64,000 nt of DNA from Trichinella spiralis (lineage: Eukaryota): NCBI RefSeq assembly GCF_000181795.1, contig NW_003526943.1:5759806-5823805 (forward strand), in the 5' to 3' direction. The first letter of the stretch is position 1. Each line of letters opens with the position of its first letter. The position numbers were made by a program, and so were the translations under genes. Below the pieces are notes generated by a model. The model had not been told where the DNA came from. It was given only the letters and a program-made list of their open reading frames with translations, and made no database searches. Positions 30,823 to 43,275 of the stretch are shown here, in pieces.

Positions 30823-33386
30823 TTATAGCTCAACATGGGGCATTTCAGGAAGTTCACTATCTTGCACTCCATTCACTACATCATCCATCTCGGCGTAACC
30901 ACTCGAACTATTGAGACCTCGAGAATCAAGAAACAATCTCAAATCTTCTAACGTCTTGTTTCCTGAATAAATAGATGCCTAAAGCAAAATGTTCCAATAA
31001 TTAAAATTAGTTTATCGTGTCAACAAATATTTTTTTTATTTCAATATCAAATAGCTCACAGCTTTTTTAACTGGCTCGAACATGACTACAGTAGGGGTTA
31101 TGTCGAAAACACCAAATTCCACTTCGTTGGCTTCGCAGTCTAAACTGGCTAGAACAAGATCCGTTGCATTTTTGAACAATTCTCCCAATTTGTGCCAATG
31201 CTTCATCATCGTTTTGGACTCATCATTCGAAGGCTTGTCTGAAAATTTGCAAAACTTTTCCATATATTCAAAAAACTTCAAACCGAATCGCTTACGCAAG
31301 CAAATTGCCAAATAGGTGGTCGAATTTTTGATATAATCGTCAAAAATGGCAATTGACAATACGCGCACTGTTCTATTGTTCCAATCGTCCGGCAATTCTT
31401 GGGACGCAATGTGGGGTTTCAGTTTTCCATCTAAATAATCGCTGGCAAACTGTTTCAGCTTGTCAGTTGTGATAATCTCAAAATCAGGCTTGTATTTCAC
31501 AAACGGCTCTTCAGTAAGATTGCAAATTCTATGATTGAAATATGAAAATATATTCAAGAAAATTAATTTCTGCTTCATGATTAAATTTAGAACCTGATTT
31601 CTGGTAGATTTGCTTGATCTAAACGGAAAAAGTCAAGGTAAGAATGTGCATCAGCAGTTGACCCGTCGATAATCACGAACATCAGCTAAACAAGTAAAAA
31701 ACTAATGTAGCAGATTCAGAAAAACACTAAATTTCACTTACTTTGTTTTTGAAATGAACTGCAGCTTTCTGCATGATAATTTTTAAGTCATCATAATCCT
31801 CGTCATCACCACGAATCATCAAATAAACGTGAGATTTTAAAGGGCTTTCATATATTAAGTTTGAATACTTAAATAATTCAATAATATATATTTTAAAATA
31901 AATTTTTACAGAAAAATGACTAACCTTGGCCCCGTATGTGGGAACAAGTGGAAGTGAGTTCATCACAATCCAACTGCGTATATCTTCAATAGTGCCATTG
32001 CCTTTGTACATTTCCGTATCATCTGCCTAGATATTATAGAATGCATGATAAAATAGAATTAAAAAAAGATTTTTTATAAATTTAAAATACAATATAGAAA
32101 AACCATCCATACCACTTTGATTACGTAGATACCGTCTTTTTGTATTTTGTAAGCTTTATAAACATCTGGATTAGAGGTGTAGGCAAATTTTACGTTATCA
32201 AAAGTGTCAGCCACTTCTTTGAAAACTGCCAATTCATTAGCATTTTCATCCTGAAACAATTCGCTTCGATTCAATTCAATTCTGTATGCAAATTTTTATC
32301 ACCTTGAAAAATGCAAAAGGAGCAATTTCATTTTCGTCGACATGAGAATTGGCTTGCAAAACGGTGAAAATTTCAAACGCAGCCGGCGCAGCCTTGTTTT
32401 CAACCCATTCGAGCAATTTCCATGGATTTGTCTTTTCGACATCTCAAATTTGAAAAAAAATGAAAAAAATTTCCCCCTCTTCATTCACCCACTTCTTTGC
32501 AGTGAATTTACCGTAAACCATAAATTCATGCCTCTTTTTGTAAAATTTCAACGTTGGAATAATTCGCTTAATGTGCTTGCCGGTCAGTTCTTCCTCTTCG
32601 GTGATATTCGCTTCTGCAACCCTGATTGGACTGGATCTTTCTTTCAAAATTCGTGCCAACTTTACAAATGCTTCATGAATCGGTTCACATTGACCACACC
32701 TGTCCATTGCTGTAAAATTTTGAAATGAAAATCATCGTTAGGAATCAATTAAAAAAATTAATTATATCGTATATTCAAGAAAATAATAGCAATAATTTTG
32801 AAAGTGGAAGTAATAATTTCTAAAATCCATTTTCTATAATTGCATAATTTTTGCTAATATTGACATTAAAATTTGCAAATTTTTTTAAACCAAGACACAG
32901 TGTTTCATTTCAACGAATGGATAAATAGATGAAAGATATTTATTTGCTCAATAGCTTGGATTGTCTGAATTGTCTGAATCACGATTGAGATACTGTTGAA
33001 ATCATTTCTTTAAAATTTTATTTCTTTAATAAATATTTTTACAAGAAAAGCAGTACATTATGCATAATCGTCATAAATAAATGAAAATATATATAACCGC
33101 AATGTATTTAATATGGAAGAAAAAAATTTCTTTCTCAATTATTAATAACGTTTATCTCGATGAAATATTTTACTTTAAACATTCAATAGACAAAACAGAC
33201 ATAAAGGAAAAGCTTACTGAATGCTGTAAGCACAAAATCATACGTGTTAATGATTTTGTCAAAGTTGGCATCAGTGGCGACCAAAATATTATCCCGTTCT
33301 GTGATTTCAGATTTGTCAACACTAGCCGATGATGCTTTGTACAGTTGAGCAAAGGTGAAAATGATGATAAAAGATGAGAATTTCAT
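30823..33386 (-). CDS. Divergent protein disulfide isomerase-like protein (a-b-b'-a'), multi-exon
   Basis: Signal peptide MKFSSFIIIFTFAQ, NILVATDANFDKII, CGQC, IIPTLKFY, GKLKPHIASQELPDDW..VRVL, LDCEANEV, YSGNKTLEDLRLFL, C-terminal HVEL*. Confidence 0.88.
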
Positions 33387-34914
33387 AGCAGTAAGCAAAA
33401 ATTTATTAAAATATTTTTATTACTGGTGTATAAATTATGTTCTTATTTGTTGCTTTTAATGAGAATTTGGAAAAATTGTAGAAAACAGTCGAATCCGTCA
33501 CGGTGCAGAAGAGATAACAAATCACCGACCAACGTGATCTATAATGCACAGGTCGATTTGATGATGAACAATAAATTTCTTTTTCAACATATGTGGCTTT
33601 GTCTGATTGGTTGAAAATTACGGTGTATACTGGCCAGTGGTGAATTATTAGTATTATTATGGTTGTTTGATCATTTTATTGGCTTTTGTTAAAGTGGCAA
33701 ACATGACAAAATAAAAAAACAAATTTCACATATTCTTTTACAAGAAAAGAAATATATTCTATAATTTTCTGCACAGTTCACAAATATAAATAAATATACT
33801 CATGAAATTTGATTAACAAATTAAACGTAATATTATTGAAATGATTTGAAAAAGAAAAACCAACTTTGCATTTATTTAAAATGGTCTTTTATTTTAATTC
33901 ACTGAATATGAATTTCTAAAATATACGTTCAACAATATGATTGTTGAATGTGAAATAGAATTTTACAAATGGGATCGAATTTTCACAAATTTTCAATCTT
34001 CACGTCAGTTTAGATTGATGAAAACAAAAGAATCTTGATTTAAGCATGGCTTGTATGCACACCAGACACCGCGAATGGAACAAAACAGCTGTGCAAAGTA
34101 TGTGAAAAGGTACAACAAACAAATGGATGAATTTGAAACAAACATGCTCAAGTGAATCTCTCAACTAACAAGCACAGACTGGATTCATTCGGTCGATTGA
34201 TTATACGGTGGATAAATTGTATTATATACTTATACAAAATAAAATAATTAAAATAACCTGAAATAATATTTTTGTTCCCACTTCAATATGCTGTAAAACA
34301 CTTTGTGTGTGGTATGTGAAAAAATACAGAAAATAATTTTTAAATTGTTATCAGCTACAAGCATATAAACAAATGGCTTATTTTATTATTTATAAATTCA
34401 AGTGCTGGACATTGATTTTCTATCATTTACAAGCATATTCATATATTCAGCAATATGACTTAAATTGCAGTCTAATACGTTGAAATATCAACTGCACTAA
34501 CTTTATAATAACTACAATTATTACAATGTTATTTATTCACTAGATTTATCACGCACTACGATCTTCACAAAAGATAAATAATGAAAAACAAGTTAATAAA
34601 TTTTTAAAATATTAAGAAGAGAAACAGGCAAAACAATGATAGATAAATTCACATTTAATAACAGTTCTTTCTAAACTCAACAGTGAAATAATATTCATGA
34701 GACAAACTATAACAATTTTTGCAATTACTTTCATAACGTAATAAATAAGCAACAACATTAAATACAAAATATAACAAAACAAAAAAGCATTTGCAAAATA
34801 TGCTACACTATTTAACTAATATTGAACTAAAAACAATTGATAAAATGATGATGATGATGTAAAAAATTGATCAGAGATTTTTTTAAATTTGATTTCCAAT
34901 TCTCATAAATAACT

Positions 34915-36198
34915 TTAACAAGAGGAAAGCAAGCCATCAAACTCTGAAGCATCATTAAAAACTGAAATCTCAGAGACGCAATCATAATATGAATCTTTAT
35001 TTTCACTTTTCATTTTCAGCAGTTGGAGATCTAAATTTAAATATCTGTAATTTTGAAATTATAAAAACAAAACATGATAAAAAAAATATAAAAATAATAA
35101 AATCACAATAAATAACAAAAAATTTATTTTTTTCAAATTTTTTTTGTGCAGTGAACAATTTTAAAGTTTACAAAATTCTAATTTTAAAATTAAAATTTTT
35201 ACTACTCAAATATAAAATTAATAAAAACAGCCGCTTACCACTAACGACTTCTTCACCAAAATGCATATCGACAAATTCTTCGTATGATGCAGGGTCGAAC
35301 TTGAATTTTTTTTGCAATTTTCCAGCTTTGGCAATTGTTAAATGAGGTGTAAAATGTTCAGATTTGTCTGTGGACAAGATTCCATGTTCTTTAAAACTAT
35401 TAACCACAATTTCTAAAATTAAAACAATTCACCATTATAAAATACATTCGATATTATATTATAATAAAAAAATAAACTTATTGAAAAAATTAAAGCTGCT
35501 TAATTAAAAGATTTTTTATCTTTCTGCCACAATTTCAAAAAATGCTCTAGAAACGTTTTCATTTTTGAGGAAATGTTTTTTATATAACATAAGTTTGATA
35601 CCTTAAAGAACATTTTTTAACCTTATCATAAAGTCTTAACAGCTAAACTTACAACTGAAACACTTCTTCAGCAACAACTTATGGTAAAATATTAAAGTTT
35701 ACACTGTATAGCAACATAAAATAAATGATAAATGTATTACTGCGTATTTCTTGAAGCTTCATAAATGCGTCGTTCTCTTTGCATTTAGCGTATACAACCC
35801 GACGTTGAAAGCTGCCAACTCCTTCAAAATCTAATGTAAGCGATTTTATGTCACTTTCACGTATCAGCTTTGCCGCAGCCTGAAGTGCACTTTTCGCTCT
35901 AAAACTAATTATTATAAAAAATATAAGAATAAAAATGCAATAAATTTTTACTCATGCAAACAATGAACTTCATCCAGATGCATCACAAAAAGCGTCAAGT
36001 GGGCTTTGGATAACTTTACCAAACAATCTTTTGCTTTTATATCGTTATCAACTAACACTTCTTGGACAATTTTCAGTCGATTTAAAATCTATATAAGCAT
36101 GAAAACTGTTAAAAATTCTATTATTATTATTTTGCTCTTACTTCAGTATTTTTTATCTGAAAAGCTGCAAAGTAGTTTGGAACGCCTTTCGCAAACAT
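34915..36198 (-). CDS. AKAP7-like 2H phosphoesterase-domain protein, multi-exon
   Basis: MFAKGVPNYFAAFQIKN, first HxT (KAHLTLFVMHL), LDFEGVGSFQRRVVYA, second HxT (HFTPHLTIAK), FGEEVV..LQLLKM...YY. Confidence 0.85.
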
Positions 36199-37506
36199 TA
36201 GTAACGGCAGAAATCACTCTAAATTAAAAAGCAATCATTTTAAATTATAAGACATCAAAATTTAATTATGTTATACATAAACTGATATTCTGCTTGGTAA
36301 TTATGATTTAAAAACTACCGTAATCGTACAAATAAACTTCTATTATCAATATCTTTTTGTATGTAAACAATCGTTCAACCATGAAATATACAAAAATCGC
36401 GTATTTTCATGGAAACAACTATTTCTACTTCATTAAGGACACAAAATTTAAATGCTATAAGTTGCCATAAATATATTAAGTATATGTGGCTTCTATTTCA
36501 GGTGAACACAACTTCTTAACAGTTGCTCAACAAAATTACACCGTCCACTTATACGGATATATTACAGATACGTAATATAAAACTCTCATAAAACTGTGCA
36601 TATGTTACTTTGATGTCCTACGTTTTGAGTTCACAAAAAATTACAAATTTTAATAATATCCATATTTAAAATAAAATGTGCTCTGAATAACACTTGTAAG
36701 AATTAATAAAAAATGTACAAGACTGTAAGAATAAAAGGAAACATTTGAGATCTTACTTTTATTTAAAAATTGTTCTGGTATAAAAATTTCCTACTCGCAC
36801 CATTTTTGATAGATCAATCTATCCTACTCTCATTTTACTTTGAATATTTTTTACTAAAGAATTCTGTATGCTTATTACAGTATTAAATACATAATTGATG
36901 TTCAAGTGCATTTCAGTGACTGTATTTTTGTTTCATTGTTTTGCATTAAAGGTGTTACAAATCATTCATCTTAATAAATTATATTTTTATGCAACCTTAT
37001 TTTTAAACATAAGAAATGAACTAAAAAACTAAAGAGAAAGTAAACTACGAAACTGCAACATAAGACATCATTTTCTTGGTTGCATATGCTCACTTTTGTT
37101 TGTTTGAAGCTCCAGAACTGTATGCCTTTCAAATTAATAAAATTGTCAAATCAACTCATTCTGAAAACAGCAAATATTTAATGTAAATGATTTTTTGATC
37201 AGCCTTAAAGTGTCAATCTGAAAGTTTGATTGTTAGTCAAATCAACTTTATTCAGTATATGCTTAATACATATTATTTATAACTGTAAGTTATATTTAAA
37301 ATTAATAATATTATGTGCATTTTTTACACCTGCAAACATAAAGTTACTTTTGCAGAAAATATCTTAATTAAAGTATATCAGCGATTACCTAGAGGAAACA
37401 ATTCTTCAAAAAGTAAAAAATAACATTTAATGCGAGATTAAAATATAGGTGATATTATAAAATGATAGTAATGAAATAAATTCTTTTTCTTGCGGAAAAA
37501 CATGCT

Positions 37507-38934
37507 TTATATTCTTGCCATTCCAGCTACAACATAACTTTCAATGGCACAACAATTTTTGCCTCGGATTATTTTGAAGAAACCTAAAAAATGATATCTT
37601 ATTAAAATTTGCAAGTTCAAATTTTTTAAACGGTTAACCATTTTCTCCCCATGTAGTATTCCATGAATTTGATATAAGCCAATATTTTTTAGAATTTTCT
37701 ATACCCCATCCAATAAGCTTTACTGCGTGGCCGCCGAGAAATTTTCCGAATCGATGCTCATAAACACCTAATGACAGTGTTTCATTATTCAATTTTATAA
37801 TAATTGCAAAAAGGCAATGTTCATAATGAAAATTCTGTCATAATTATGTAGCTGATGTTTTTAAAAAAGTACCTTTTATGTAGTACATAAAGTCTTCGTA
37901 AACATTAAATGCAACAACAACAGGACCATTTTTATATAACTCCTGCATAATTTGTTCTTCATTTGAATTTACCCAGTAGGGTTTTTCTCCTGTAAATTGT
38001 TAAATGTCATTTAAATATATCATATTATTTAATTTAGTCATTTATATTTTGAATTTACCAAAATGGCGATCTTGACTCAAATTATAAGGATACTCATTGA
38101 TGCACTGCCGTGTGCACAACGGTGTTTCAGCTTCGTCTTCAGAATTACTACCAATGGAATATGGTTTGCATCCTTTTGTTGAACCATAAGGACCACCAGT
38201 TGGTATTCCTCTTGTAGCCCAGTAAATAAATGCTTTGTCTGGATAGCCACCGTCACATCTAATGAAGTTAAATGAAATAATTTTAATAAAGAATAATAAG
38301 AAATGCTTTTTATTGTGATTTTCTATTTTAAAATGCATGTAATATTAAAAAATGACCTATTTACTTACCCATAGCCGCATATTTTGCAACACGAAACGAG
38401 TTCTTCTTCTGATAGCAGTGGTTGTTTAGCAGCAATGCTCTCAATACAAATTCGATCAGTCATAACAGAAGCACTTGATACTGCCTAAAAGAATTAAATA
38501 AAAAATTATTCATGTTTATGGGTTCATTTTATTAAAATTACCCAACATGATCCACAGTTGGCCTGATCGCGAACGAAGCCGATGTATTTGCACTGTGGCC
38601 ATCGTTTTCTAGCATCCATTTCAAATGGAAGATCAACAGACAGATTTGCATTTTTAGAAGATGAAATAGACGTGTGGGATAGCAATTTTCCTTTAAATCC
38701 TAGCAGTCGCTTCACTGTCTCTATTGAAGCGCCTTCAAAATAAGCATTCTTTCCAAACTAAATTAATATTCATAAATTAATGCTGAAATTTCAATAATAA
38801 GTATTAATTACCGTGTAAGGTAATCCTTCCAAATCATTTTTTTCTTGAATTTCTTTTAAAAGTTTGTTATATGTCTCTTCGTAGTAGGCTGCATTGGTTA
38901 GTGTGAAAATAAAAAACAGCCAAACTGTAATCAT
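37507..38934 (-). CDS. Cathepsin B-like cysteine protease (copy 1), multi-exon
   Basis: Signal peptide; [62 protein letters not shown]; ends VAGMARI*. Confidence 0.95.
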
Positions 38935-39821
38935 TGTTAAAGCCACAGCACTTGAAACAGGGGGTGCATTTGCTTTTCACCAAATAGACAAATAAAAGTA
39001 ACACAAATATATTTGTCTATCAGCTTTATAATTATTGATAACATTCTTAAAAAGATTGCACTTTATCACTTAAATCAACTTTACACGTTGCGAGAAAATT
39101 TACTTTTACACACTTCCTGTGTAAGACGACTGCCTTTGATTGTGGGGGCGCACGCTCAAAAAAATGTTTAATTATTTTCATTCATTCTTCACCTTATTTA
39201 AAACGCATTTTATAATAATAATAATAAAGTTTTTCAATTTTAATAATATTCAGGTAAATTGCGTATATAATACAAGATGATGGCTGTAAATAATGCTTTA
39301 ATTGATTACTTATGTATTTAATGTAAAATTCATTTATAATAGAATTTATGAATTGATCAAAAAACTGATTTATTTGTTTAAAATTTAGCACTCACTGAAT
39401 GAAAATAAATTTACTGTAAGAAATAAAATTAACAAAATTCTGAAATTTTTAAGTACATAAAATTGAATTTAGAATTAGTAATCATTATAAAACTTATGAA
39501 AATGTTTTATATTTAAAATGTAAAAACATGCCAATGATAAATTTTTATTTGTTTATATGCCACATGCGTCAGGGATTTTTTATTTTATTTTTATTTTAAT
39601 ATCATTTAAAGCTAATTAAAATTTTCAAGATAAGAATTTAAGTTGTAAATAGTATAATCAAAATTCATTATCAGCATATTATTATCAACAAAAAAATGCT
39701 GAAATTTGTTACTCAGACTTTTAATCTTTAATAATTAAATGCTTTAATTAGTGCATTGTGTTTTATTTGTATTTTTGAAACAAAAAATAACAAACAGCTG
39801 TTATTTTGTATTTAATTAGCA

Positions 39822-41517
39822 TTAGTTCATCTGAAGCATTAGTTGCACATTACCAGCTGCGGCTCCACCTTCTATGCCACATTCATTGCATCCCCGTCTA
39901 ATTTTGAAGAAACCTAAAAACATTTAATTGTTCTTTCTTTTGTATTGATTGATTCAACTTTTCTTACCTTTTTCACCAAATGTGGTGTTCCAAGAATTTG
40001 CTATCAGCCAAAAATCATTTCCAAGTTCTCTTCCCCAACCAAGTAATCGCACAGCGTGGAAACCCATAAAACTACCAAAAGTGTGATGATAAACCCCTAG
40101 GAAATGAATCAACAAAAAGTGCAAGCAATATAGGATTTTAATTAAAGATTCATTTGTTGTTCATAGTTAAATTGTCATATTTGTACATTAAAGACTTAAT
40201 GTTGGCTAATCCTGTAAATTATTGTTTGTATAAATCTTCTTGCTTTTTAGTTCTTATAATAGATTCATTCAAAAATTCCTAGAATGAAATAATAAAAATA
40301 AAAATTTTACGTTAAATGATGAACATATTAAAACTTTCAAAGAATGTAAATTTTAATTTATGATAATTTTCTTATCCATGATGTTTGTGAATATTTAATA
40401 TGTTTATTCTACAAGTCTAACTTAAATTAAAAATTTTTGAACCAAACCTTTCTTATAATAGAAGAAATCTTCATATACAGCAAATGTAACTGCAACTGGA
40501 CCATATTTCAAAACATTTCTCATTATTTCATGTGGAGAGTTTGAAATTCTATATGCAGCATGTCCTAAATATAATTGTCTTTGCAGACTGAACAGATATA
40601 CTAAGCATTATTTTGTTACCAAAATATTTGTCATCTTTTGGTGTCAACGGATATTCTGGAATGCATGTGTTTTTACATTTAGGTGTTTCAGCTTCATCAC
40701 AGTTATTACAAGGAGCAATTGAATAGGGCTTGCATCCTGTTTTCCATCCATAAGCACCACCACTTGGCAAACCTTTCTCAACCCAATATTCAAAGGCATG
40801 AGATACATATCCACCGTCACATCTAAATGTATTCAGAAAATAAGATAAGTTTAATAAATAATACGATTAATAAATGATTACCCCAAGCCACAAGTTTTGC
40901 AACAAGAAATCAATTCTTCTTCAGATAAAAAAGGCTGTTCTGTTCCATTGGTAGCTATGCAGTGTCGATCACTCATCACTGAAGCAGATGAGACAGCCTT
41001 ATGATAGAAAATCAAACTTAGAATAAATTTATGCATTTTTTCAATATATTAAAATATGATATTTTAAAAATGACATTCTAATAAATTTGATTCCAATGAA
41101 CATAGTTTGAAAAGACATTAAAATTTTTCGACATTCAAAAAATTAGATTTTGCATCTTACCCAACATGAGCCACAATTTGACTGATCTTTAATAAAGTTT
41201 ATATATTTGCAATGCGGGTATGCTTTACGAACGTCATATTCTTTAGGTAAAATAATGTTCGATGATTCATTATCTATTTCAACATTCTTTGATATAATCA
41301 TTTCTGGCTTTTCAAAACTACCCAACAATCTCTTCATATCTAAAAGAGATTTGTTTTTAAAGTATCGATTCTTTCCAAATTCCCATTTCATTCTGTCATT
41401 GGAAAATTTGTTGGATAATTCTTTCTCCAGTTCTGAGAAACGGTCTTCATAATAAGCTGCAGAAATAAAGGGGATTAGTGTTGAAAAAAATATAGCATTC
41501 ACTTTTAATAAGCACAT
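39822..41517 (-). CDS. Cathepsin B-like cysteine protease (copy 2), multi-exon
   Basis: Signal peptide; LPKEYDVRKAYPHC; KDQSNCGSCW; CDGGY; YGPVAVTFAVYEDF; GFHAVRLLGWG; FWLIANSWN; NECGIE. Confidence 0.95.
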
Positions 41518-42779
41518 AATATACGATAAATGGAAATCACAGTGAGAGGAGAGTTATTATGCTCAATTCAAAATTTATTCATTTTTGTCATAAAATGTCT
41601 TCCTTATCATGAATCAACTTTCAACGAATTGCAAAACTGATAATCATTGTTTACAAGTGATTAGTAAGAAGAAATGTCAATGTTTATATCTTTTTAAAGT
41701 TAATTTAAATGTTTTATTACTTTACAATGGAACCTTACATCTCATTACTTTTCATCGAAACATGAAACTAAAGAAAATAAAGCATAATTATTACTTTCTA
41801 AATTAACAGAAATTTTAAAATCATTCATGTATTTACAGCATTTTTGCATTTTACAACTTTTGTTTAGTACAAGTGTACAAGAAACAAACTATTAATATAA
41901 ATTTTAAATGTTTCAGATGCACCATTAAAAAAGTATCAGAACTCTATTGAATAACTAATGTGACAATATGTTGATTTTATTTAAAATGCATAAAAGTGCA
42001 GTATTGTACTCGACGCTGCTGCACATCTTTTCCGGCTCTCTTTTGTTGAAAGGTAGCCTGTCTTACTGGCAACAAACATTCTTTCAAATACACTCAAATT
42101 CACAATTATAAAATCATACATTATCATATTTCATTAATGAGTCTCATGATCCATATCATCTCCATGTCGAGTTGTTTTACGCCCTGTATCAGCTGAGTTG
42201 CTTTTTGAAAATTATCAAATGCATAGTGTGAAATGTATTAAAGTTCGCTTTATGCGCAACAATTCTTTCTTTTAAAAAAAGATAGCTTGTATGGGGTTGT
42301 AGCATCGTTATATCTAATAATCTACCTGGAGTATCTATGTATTCATGAGAATCACCTGATCCTCTATCATCAAAGGTGGTTACGTTCTTTATAAACAGAT
42401 CATAGCCACATATAATGAGACTTATACCAAATAGTAAAGCTCTCACAGCATTCAAAGCGTCCATCTTCTGCTCTATTGCTTGGTAGACATTCTGAGAGAA
42501 TTTGTCACGTTTCTTCTGATGCCTAATTATGCACGTTTGAGGATAGAAGACTTGCAACAATTTGAATGTCCTTAGGTTAAAGACGCCTGCCTTCCGTTGT
42601 TTAATCACGTAGAGATTTTTGTCAAACTTGCTTTGTTTTCCCCTCCACCATTATAGACTTTTGTGTTCAGAGAACACTTTCTTTGAGACAACAAATGTAG
42701 CCCATGATTGATTCACTTTGTTCAAAATGCATTATTATTTTAAACAAATATTTTATTCTAACGCAAAAATTGCTTCATG

Positions 42780-43275
42780 CCGATCGTGACTGATGCTGAA
42801 GAAAGTTTCACATCTATAGCTTTCCTGTGATATAAGATAAGCAGTGTGCCAGTTTGTCCGTTTAACTGCATGCAGAATTTTCACAAGCTTTTCGAAAGTT
42901 AATTTTTCATTTACATCAGTGGCAATATCTTCATCAGCGTCTTTTCTTCATCAGACGATTTCCACTGTAAGTTCATTTGTGTGAGATTCAATTAGTTCCA
43001 TTACTTCTAATTCCTGCAGGTCTTTCAAACTTCCCTCATTCATTTGATGTGCCAACGTGACAGTCATCGTGATCAGCAGGAAGAAACGCAATTGCTGTTT
43101 TTGCGTAATCTGGCCACAAATTGCCCCAACAGGCGTTTACAGCCTCAGTTTTCAATTCTATAATATATTCGTTAATAAGGCACATCCAATCTGCAATATT
43201 AAACTTTTTCCAGTAGTCTACTACATCCAGATGGCTGTCCCCATCTATAACAGTAACTAGATGAGCCACCGTCCT
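42780..43275 (-). pseudogene. Decayed Tigger/pogo (TIGD1-like) transposase, C-terminal fragment
   Basis: VVDYWKKFNIAD...ELKTEAVNACWGNLWPD followed by EVMELIESHTNELT, typical of Tigger C-termini; stops and frameshifts present. Confidence 0.75.

Noticed and set aside
42189..42608. 139-aa minus-strand ORF next to the Tigger relic
   Set aside because: No recognisable homology or splice structure.
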